Assembly (NCBI GenBank): GCA_012295275.1
Contig: CM022667.1
Span: forward strand, 496,001 to 560,000
Length of the DNA stretch: 64,000 nt
Direction: 5' to 3'
Source of the DNA: Chrysomallon squamiferum
Taxonomy: Eukaryota > Animalia > Mollusca
A program made the position numbers and the translations under genes. Shown here piece by piece: positions 41,607 to 52,964 of this stretch (the first letter of the stretch is position 1; every line of letters begins with the position of its first letter). The notes under the pieces were generated by a model. The model was not told where the DNA came from. It did no database searches and saw nothing but the letters and a program-made list of their open reading frames with translations.

Positions 41607-43641
41607 TGTGCATATGTGTTTCTGTATCTGTGGATATATGTCAGTGTATGTAAATGCACTGAATACGTTTTTACACAACTAAATTATAAAACAATATTAA
41701 AAATTACACAGGAAAAAATATATACAAGAAATAAAATAAAATACCATTTTGCTAAATGTATAATTATATTATTAATACTGAACTTGACACTACTATTACT
41801 TAACTATTAAGATCACAAATGCCTTAAAAACCTAAAAAAATAAAAAAAAAATAAAATTTGAAAAATAAATAAAAATATTTACCATCTGGGACAAAGGGCA
41901 CGGCTCTGCAGTAGACAATAAGATCAGAAAACTCTCTTGCAATTCGCATTGTTCTCTCCAACATTCTCTGCTCAGAGGTCTTCACAAAAACAAATCAGTT
42001 TAATTAACATCCATTGAAAAGAAACCATAATATCAAATTAAACTCACAAACAACTTAATTATACTGCTTTTAAGTTAGCTACAATCTACAATAATAATAA
42101 TAATAATAATATTATATAAATACACACACATACATTCTAGGTGGTATCAGACATATGGTTAAGAATTGTTTTTACATCATGGGCTATTGTTTTTTTTTTT
42201 TAATTAGTAGAAAGGGATATTTTATATGTACCAACCCAGTGATAGCGTAGTACACATCACAGCATTTGGTATAGCAGTTTTGGAGTAATATCTCAAAGGT
42301 AAAAAAAAATAATAATAATAAAAATATTATGTTTGAAAACTAAAAATGATATATGGAATGTTATTACAATTATAATGAAAATTTTATTTGGTGTTCATTT
42401 GTTGTCAGAAATTCTGTGAAAAAAAAATGTATTTGATAAAAACCTCTGCAGAAGAAGAAAAAAAAAAATGAAAGAAAGAAAAATAAAAGAAAATCACTAG
42501 CTAAAAACAGATTTAGATGATATGGGGGATTTATTTATGACTGAAAACTGTTGTAAAGATTATCACTGAAAAAAACTATTTTTCCGTAATTATTTCATAA
42601 ACTTCATTCATGTTTAAAACAAGTGTATCTTCTAAAGAAAGTAACAATCTCATTTATTGTGGGCATTTTGTTTCATACTTACCTTAATACCAAGCTGCTA
42701 ATTCTTTTTTTTAAATGTTTAATTCAACTAATATCATTTATATAGCATTCTTCACTAGTAAGTATCAAATTATTTTTATGGTTTTGTTAATAGATTAGTC
42801 AAGATTAAAAACAAAAGGATCCCTTATTTTAAAACACAGATACCGAACCATTTATCTGGCTTCCAGAAAACTGATTTTAGATGTTTATATCTATTAAAAA
42901 CAAATTTTATATCTTACTTTTCATTGTTTATTTTATATTTTAAGCACATATTGGTCCAGAAAATGTGAAAATGTAGTAAACTGGATCAACTTAACTGCCA
43001 AGATTGCCCGATATCAGGTCTGGTATCTGAACTATTCAAACTAATTTTACACATTTTTTTGAATACTGTGAAAGCATATACTGACACTTCCTAAGAAATA
43101 CATCAAATAGATAAATACACTGCTGTGTCATATATGTAAACCTACTTATTACATTAATTTATTTTATCACTAAGCATGCCATAAAACTCCAAATAAAATA
43201 ACACATGATTAGCAATATATTAACTTAATATATTGAAAAAAATGTTACTTAAAGATACGTTAATAATGCATTAATAATTTAGTGACAATGTATTAAATAA
43301 TAAATTAACAGGGTACAAAACAAATAAAGCATAATAAAGTTACAAAGCATGCAGGGAAAGCTTTTTCAAAAACATTCTCTCTGTGTTCAGACAAATTTTA
43401 AAATTGTTTAAAAATATAATAATAATCCTTATTTCAAATTTGTTCTCTGTTCAGTTTCTTTCTCTCTCTCTCTAAATATCTCTCTCTCTCTCTCTAAATA
43501 TGATGTTCATCATTTTAAAATAATTATTAGTTTATTATTATCTACATTTCACCATACACCCCTCACACACAAACACACACATGAACAGACACTTTTCATC
43601 AATTCTTTATTTCTAAAGTAATGTATTAATAATATTCCACA

Positions 43642-43693
<52 letters not shown>

Positions 43694-45524
43694 ATAATAA
43701 ATAATTTATACAGGTAAAAATAAAAAACATTTAAAAAACAAAACAAATGAAACATAAATGTATAAATTGTGCAAAGAACAGTGAAACTAAAATTAAAAAC
43801 AAACAAAAAAAAAAAAAATAAATACAGTGATTTAAAGGTGATACTTGATATGGGAAAAAGATATACTGAAAATGATAAAAAAAAACAGATAACAATGAAA
43901 TTATAATAATAATAATAATAATGAATAAAATACACACACATATTTTAAAAGATTATGTATTTATTTTAATGGTAAAATTAATTCATAATAGTGATATAAA
44001 AATTTCTGAAGAATTTTACTAACAAATTTACTGTATCAAACCTTCATTGACAAGTCACACAGAAAAAAAAAATAAAACATCAAAATGTGTCCTATTAAAA
44101 CAGATGGTTGTTTAACACAGGCCAGATAATACAGATATAGTCATTAATAATAATACAAGTGACTGGAATAGCAGGTCTGCCATCAAGTAATAGTGATTTA
44201 AAAACCTGATGAAGAATTTTTGGAACAAAACTGTAGGTGACATAAAAACAAAGACCACAAAGAGAAGGTGAGTAAAGGTGAGCAGAAGTGAGAAAGATGA
44301 TTAGCTATGCTGATGTGTAATAAATCAAATACTATTGACAATTTGGAATTTTTATAATTTATTAACAAAAATATATGATTCAAAAGATTTCGTATTTAAA
44401 AATTAAAATAAAATAATAAAAAGGATCAATCATTAAGATAAAAATTAAAATAAAATAAATACAAATAACAGTTTAACACAAATCAAAACAAATATCTGTG
44501 CATGTGTACATTTTGGCAATGTATCTATGATGTTCTTTTTTAAAATGTGTATATTAGAAATAGAACAACAATATTTTTTTCTTTTATAGTTCCATCAAAA
44601 ATCTCTTAATAAAAAAAAAAAAAAAAAACACACAAATCAATTGGGATATTTAACTATTGTTATATATGATAAAACTGTTCTAATAACATTAACAGGTTTT
44701 TAAAATTCTCAAATAAATAAAAAAATTAAAAATAAAATAATCCTGCAAAACTCTGATCACAGTATAAACTAAAATTTTACAAAATTTGTTGTTTATAAAA
44801 ACCTACACATACAAATATAAGCAGAAATTTGTGAATAGTGTAAATATGATAAAACAAAAAGCTCTATATATTAATAGTAAATTAATTATGAATAACTATG
44901 AAAAATATGAATAAAATCCAAATATATAAAATAACTTTTGGCTATAATAGCAGTCATTATGGGAGGAGTTTAAGTAGTTTACAAGGTAACATCAATCAGC
45001 ATTAGCAGAACCAATGAAAATGTGTGTTAGCATTGTGGGCGGAGCTAAAGCTCTATAAAAGGAATATTAATAAACCAATGAGAGTGAAGATATTACAGAT
45101 CAGCATAGCTAAAAGTCTATAAATATCCTTTACATACCAGTTTTTCTAAGTCACTCTTAGAAGAGAATTTGGAAATCTGCAAACAAGTGAAGGTAAAAGA
45201 GGCAAGGTGATTTCACATTCCCCATGCAGTGTCAAGAATTAATTAGTTAACATTTTAGGTGCCAAGGCCCCTAAGCTGGATCTAAGTAAAAATACCAAAT
45301 GCACAATAGAAGGGCTTTTAAACAAAACATCTACTGATTAAATAATATATAATATTATTTTAGATACATATAATGTTAAAAATCCATTCAGTTTATAAAT
45401 AAACATATTATGAAATTCTAGTGACATATCTGTTCTATATAAAATACATTTTAATAAAATTCTGTAATTCAATATGTCAATTTTTATATTTTTTAATTTA
45501 TATTTTTTCTTAATTAATTAATTA

Positions 45525-45558
<34 letters not shown>

Positions 45559-45572
45559 TAATAATAATAAAA

Positions 45573-45603
<31 letters not shown>

Positions 45604-46799
45604 CCAACCATAATAATAATTATTAACAGTAACAAAAAAAATTATTAAAAAAATAAAAAATTAAAAGGAATTATAAAAAATTACTATATTATTTTCTGCT
45701 GTCCTACAACACTGGTTGACCCAAATGTTAATGAAAAAAATCCTTCAAAAGATCCCAAAGCTGAAGCACATCTCCAACCATAGAAGCATCAAAGAACCAG
45801 AGGCTTTAGAAACATATTGTTTTAATTATTTCAATAACCTTATCATAAATGGCAGCCTAAACTGCGGATTTAAGTTATAAGTTACAAAATGTAATTTAAT
45901 TTATTTTCTGATAAAATTAAGCAGCAACAGTTAATTCTATTTTTTTTCTGTATATAAATGTCCCAAGAAACTGACCTAATCAATTAATCTTCAGGAGTTA
46001 TGGTTTTTGTTTTTTTGTTTTTTTTATCACAAAGATGAAATAAAAAATATTAAATCAGAGCTCTTTTTCTCAAAATCAAGAACTGTTTTATGTTGTTCTG
46101 TGCATTTCTAATGAAAGCAATACCTTTAAGTCTGTTATACAAGTAAAAAATTAAGTAATTTAGGATTTACATTCCTTCATAAGTTTTAAATATTCCTAAA
46201 CTGCATTACTCTCATAATAATAATAATAATAATAAAATATTAAAAAAATAATTATATAAATATGTTTGAAATATGAAAAAATGTTCTAAATTGAAAAATT
46301 ATTAATCCCCTAATTGTATTAATCAACAAAATCATTCACAGTTTGTTTATAATCTAAAAAAAAGTTTCTTATCATGACTCAACTCTCATGCTATTAAATT
46401 GTTATTACTAACCAAGACATAAAAATTACAAAAAAAAAAATAAAAAATATATTAACTTTGTTATCATTCTACTTAAAAAAATCACGTAACAACAATTTTT
46501 AAAAAGTATTTTCAAAACAAGCCTTTCACCCAAGTTATATTTAAATGGATGGACAAATGGACAGACAGAGAGACAGACAGACAGACAGACTCTCACCCTC
46601 TGTATCGCACTTGTAGAACACTGCGCTATTTTTTCGATCCAGTCCTTCATGTCAGCTTCTGATTCGCAGGCGACCTCTAGTGGCAGACCCTGGCTTCGAC
46701 TATAGATTTTGAATGCAAATGGCTGCCCTGGTCGACCAACAGATACTTCTAAAAATATTAAAAAAAAAAAAAAAAAAAAAAAAATAAAAATAACAATAA

Positions 46800-46850
<51 letters not shown>

Positions 46851-49800
46851 TACAACAAAAATAACAACAATAATAATAAAAAATATGCATCTTCCTATAT
46901 TATCAAAATGTGGCTTGATCTTTAAATAGGTCAATGACCACAATAAAAAGAACTGACTTTATGACCCTTGGAACCTTAGGCTACAGCTATAGCAACCAAA
47001 ATGCTGCTTATTTTCCTATTCAAGATGAAAAATTTAAAGGTAGGCATAAAAAAGATAGGAACATGAAAAAATGTCAAATTAAATAAGTAATTTAAATTTT
47101 AACCAACAATCCACAATTTGGAGATTTCATTAAGTCCTGTTTCAAACTGATTTCATCATTTATTAAAAAAAAAAGTAAAAGAAATCATTTTGAATTATCT
47201 GAAATACAACTGCAGCCATTAAAAAAAATAAAGAAAAAAGACTATTAATATTGAAACATTCCAAAAAACAATGACAGCAGACCTGTCTTTGATATTTCAA
47301 CCATCTTTTTTTTTTTTTTTTATTGCATTTCCATTTTACAAAATAAACATTGCACTGAACAGAAACACACTTTTAGTGATAAAAGCAATTTCCCACAAAT
47401 ATGAAGCAAACAGATCTGTGTTTGTTATTCCAGACAGTACTATTTTTCAGTCATCTTACTATTTTAGAAAATACTTAGACAGTTCAGAAGAAATGCCTCT
47501 CTAGTCATAAAAATGTTTTGTAATTGCCTGTTTGACACCCATGTACATCAATGGATCCTTGTTGTAGAGAGCCCAATGGGGTGGATTCGTTAGATAAAAC
47601 ATCTGACGGAGAATCAATTTCCTCAACAAAGTTTGAAGGAAACCAGTGCTGTTTCTTGTTGCCATAGTCACCGCGCCACCTTAAAAAGATAGAAAAAAAA
47701 AATTAACAAAAAAATTTAAATTAAATAATAATAATAAAAAAAAGAAAAAAGCAAGAATGATAAAACAGATACGGATAATTATATTGCCAAAATTTTCCAG
47801 ATTTAAGTTTAGGACAAAAATAATGTGTGAAAAAAAATTGTCATCACAGTGTTATTATTATTATTAATGTTTAAAACGATGGTTAAATGTCACTTTTTAA
47901 CAAATAATAATAACAATTCTTTTAAAATGTTTTCAAATTATGAACAAAGAATGAAAAATGAGACAAAAAATGACTCCCAAGGCTTCTGTTGTGTTTAAAA
48001 CTACTCAAAGAGCTGTTATGAAATCAAACTGATTAAGACTATTATTTTAACATCAACCTCAGATGATGTTTTAATGGGTTTTTTTTTGGGGGGTTTTGTG
48101 TCAAACATTGGATGAAAATCTCAATGATATTTTCTTTCTCTCCTTTTTTTTTCTGTTTGCCAGATGAAGTCATGTGACCACTTACCATCCTCCATCATGC
48201 TTTGTGACGTTTGTGATAATGGCACCCTTGAGGAAAGCCAGTTCATCAGATCGGCTGGGTGCGTATTCATGTAGAGCTTTCACTCGCAGCTGTATCAAAA
48301 TCAAATGTCAGATACATAAATATATTTCACAAGCATATCATATATTTCATACCGTATTATCATATTATATCCTTGTATTTTTTATGTAAAATAATTGGTT
48401 GATCTGAATCATAGATTAAAACATTTTAAAGATCCATTTCTCTGAAAAATATATATATATCTATCTTTTTATTATTATGTTTTATTTATTTTTTTTACAA
48501 TAATAATAAGAAAGAAGATCATCAAAATTAAATTTCTCATTTCAACAGACAAAAAAATCTAATTTTATTTCCATTAGGATTGAAATAAAATTCATTTTTA
48601 CCAATTTAAATTCTTTTACAGATTTATATATAAACAGGCAATATATATAAATTTTAATAGTTATTTATAAGTAAATTAAGTTAAAATAAATGGTTAATTC
48701 TAATCTATTTCTACAGAAAACACAATTACAACACTAAAGTATTCTATGAATTCCAGCCCAAAAAGCTATATACATTTTTGCAAAGATACTTGCTGCTTAT
48801 ATAATAAATGCCACATCTATGTATACCAACCATTTTTTTGGTGAATTTGTAATAACAAACATTGTTTCTTAAGAATTATATATATTTGTAACTTGCCATG
48901 AGATTTTTTTTCCTATTTATTTTTCAGTAATGACATCACTGCTTTGTATACTTCCAAATGATTTTAAATTCTACTAACAACTAAACTTTACTAATAACAA
49001 AGTCAGATAATAATATAACAATTCATTAAATAACTGTACAGGGAAGTAAAACATAAAATCATTAAAATGAGTAAGTAATAGAAAATGTTGGTCTCCATTT
49101 TTTAGAGTGTTATATTGCTATCAAAAGTTCAGTTTTGCAAAGAATGGTTTTCTAGTTATAAATAAAAATCACTTGAAAGTATACAAAAATGCATTATTTT
49201 CCTACATAAGTAAACCTAGGCTTGGTTAATTTGTGTCTGCATAATAAAACAACAACAACAACAAAATGTTTATCAACAAATAACAGAATTTAGATATTTA
49301 AAAAGCCCCCAAAACAACAAAAAAGACAGAAAAAATAAACCTACCATAGTTCAGAAATTGCTGTAATATTGTTATTTTCATTCAAAATTGTAAAAAAAAA
49401 TAGTCTTCTGTTAAGAATTTTTACTCACTGTTAAAAATATTAAAACACACACACACACACCTCAATACTCACCTTAGCTGTATTAATATTTTCATTAACT
49501 TGAAAACAATGACAGAAATATTATACAACCCACCAATTAAAGATATCAAACTGCTTACCAGTACAACAAAAAAATATATATATATTTTGCTCCTGTGAGT
49601 AACTCTTATTTCACTCATATAATCAAAAACAAAAAACTGCCCAAAATTATCACTAATCAACCAACACTTCCCCCAGTTAAAAAAACAAAAAAGAAAAACC
49701 ACTTGTGCTCACGCAAGTAACTCACCCTGGTGACAAAGACATTGGGAAGATGATAAATCCCGGGCTCATAAACCTCACTGTCGTCTGCTTCCTAAAAAAG

Positions 49801-50131
49801 CCATGCACAGTGAAGTGTCCATAGAAAGTAGCCACCGTAACCACGGAAACCACAAATTATGTCAGTGACCAACACAGTTTCAGTAAAGTAATGCTAATGC
49901 AGTCATTTGGCAGTGTACGAGACATGTTGTGTTTCAGCAACATGCAGTTAAAAAAACTAACTAGGCAGACAGAACTGAAAACAGTTAAAAAAAAATTGTG
50001 CTGCATTTTAAGCATTAAGATGTTGTACTACAATCAGGCAGCATGTGAGACCAATAAATGTTATGTAATTAAAATATTTCTGTCTTTCTAGCACTATGCA
50101 GAGCAGTTGTGTTTCAGACCCCACACGCACG

Positions 50132-50163
<32 letters not shown>

Positions 50164-50596
50164 CACACACACACACACACACGTTAATACTAGCAATTAT
50201 ATCCTCATGCTGTTTTGGGGTACTGAGTTCATTTTATAACAAAACAAGAGGTAATTTTATTGTAAACAGTTCTTCTGAGATTTGCACCATTCCATGTAAG
50301 ACAGTTTGAAAATTCATGCAATAGTTCAGTGGTGCAAAGGACTGTTAAGAATTCATGCTGTTTCTGCATATAGTTTATATATTCATGCACCAAAGTCTTG
50401 AGAATATATTACATGTTTTTAAATCTGCATTATTTGTAAACAGTCAACATGCTGCAGTTTGAAGGGTGGACAAATTTTTCATTTAGTATTTCATAAAAGG
50501 ATGTAATATATAGTTTATTTTGAACAAAAAAATTCTGAAATTTAGATTTAATTCATCATGTGCCCACAGATTGGAATAAACATATACTCACCCACC

Positions 50597-50641
<45 letters not shown>

Positions 50642-51614
50642 AAACATTTCGATCCTTAATTTTCATTCAAGAGACAGTAAACATTATGATGATTCAGAAA
50701 CTATTAAGTTTAACTTTTCCTAAACATCATTAATGTGAAAATTGTTATTAATAAAGATTTGAGAAGCCAAATTTCCTGAATGAGAATAAAAACTGTCTTA
50801 TGTTAACAACTGACATATTTTGTGATTTATAAATAGCTGCCTTTTTTCTTTTCTTTTTTGATCATACTAGTTATAACCAATTTACTGTTATATTGAAATA
50901 ATAATAATAATAATAATAATTATTATTATTATTATTATTATAACAAAATGAAAATCAGTTTTCACCTAATAGCATAAAGAGTAGTTAATAACAGAAAATA
51001 TAAAATATTAAAAATTTTAATTCTTAACCAAAAAGGTTGTAAACCCACATTCAAAATTTCATAGAATGAAAAGATGAAACTGAAATTTCTTTAATCATAA
51101 AGTTATTAATGTAAATTTCAAATTACAAAAGATGATTAAAAAAAAAAAAAAAAGAAATAAAGGCAACTATTTTACAACAATTTAACATCCATGCTAAAAC
51201 CAAACTAAAAATAAATAAATGCTAATTGAAAAAAGAGAATAAAAATTAGAAAAAACAGAAATAATAAACTGCCACAACCAAGGTAACAAGCTGCTACTGC
51301 ATCATGACAACATGCCATTCCTAGATGTGTGTTACCTTTGTTGTAAAATCATTAGGGTTAATGTAGAGATCAAGACTACCATATATCCCAGTTTCATCAG
51401 GAGCCTGGAAAGGGAGGTAACTCTAAATGTCATTTAATGCTTCAATATTCAAGAGTTGTCTTTATTATATTTAAATAATAAATACAATAATAATAATAAT
51501 AATAATAATAAGCATATATATGTTTATGTGCGTGTGTTTGTATGTATGTATGTATATATGTAAGCATGTACAATTATTATTTAATAAAATAAAATATAAT
51601 AACAGAAATCTGAG

Positions 51615-51655
<41 letters not shown>

Positions 51656-52927
51656 AATTTAAAGAAAAATATACAAAACAAAAAATAAAAATGTTAAAAA
51701 TAAACAAAATATAAACATTAATAAATCCAAAGGTATTTAATTTGTATTCTAAAAATTACAAAATATTAAAATTTAGTTAATGTTTTCCTGAAATATATAA
51801 TAATTACTTTTACACTATAATGAAGTATATATATGAAATTTACATAAACAAAATCTCTCATTAAAAAGAATCATAAAAAAAAAAAAAAAAAAAAATCAAC
51901 TCAGTTTGATGTTGCCCCATTAAAAAAGAAAACAACCTTAAATTCAAAAAAAGTCTAAAAAAATTTAAAACAAAATTAAATCAATGAAAAAGTAGTGGTG
52001 TTTTTCTACACACATACCATATTGAGTCTTTCCACAACCTGCTGATTGACGGCGTATTTCAACTTCATCTTCTTGTACAGTGGGTTCCTCTCATAGTAAT
52101 TGACAAGCTCCACTAAACTTTCAAACTGTGCATTGCCGATGAGAAACAGTCGACCCTCTTGTTTGATCCTGCAGTGCTTGATTTTACCCTCAGCTCTACA
52201 AAAAAAAAGATATTTCCAACTATCATTTATGTATTACAGATACAACAGCCTAAAAATAATTTGAGCCTAAGATAAAAGCATCAACTATGCTGAAATGTAA
52301 CCAAAAACAGCACAGCATTTTTTATTTATGCAATACTATCTGCCAGAAAACTTGAAATTTCTGTAAACTATAATTCTCAATATATTCAAATGGATTACAA
52401 AATAATGCTGTATCAAGCTTGTTTTAAAGAATTCTTCCTCAACTGTAGAAAACTGATTATGATCACTAAATGCATTTGCAGGCAAGCACACACTAGCAAG
52501 CATGCACTTGCATACCTAACCCAAGTATCATCTGGAATAGAACTGCTCAGACACACAATAAGATAGCTACTGCTGGTTTTATAGGTTTATATATCTTTCT
52601 GCCTAACCTTTGAAACTCAAACCTATAATATACGCACATATATATACATATACATTCATGCACACACACATTAACACAGTCTCATTCACTCACTCACGCA
52701 TGCACACATGATCCACAATGCATGACTAACTCACCTGAAAGAGATGGCATACGAGTACTGGTCTGTTCCACTGTGTCGTACCAGGTAGGCTCCATCATAG
52801 GGAATTCTCTTCAGCATGTCTTCAGCCATCACCCGACTCATTCCTTCATGGTACCACCTTCATTGGAGAAAGAAATATTTTACTTAACTATGTACTGAGT
52901 ACATTAGTAATCTAAAATTTAACATGT

Positions 52928-52964
<37 letters not shown>

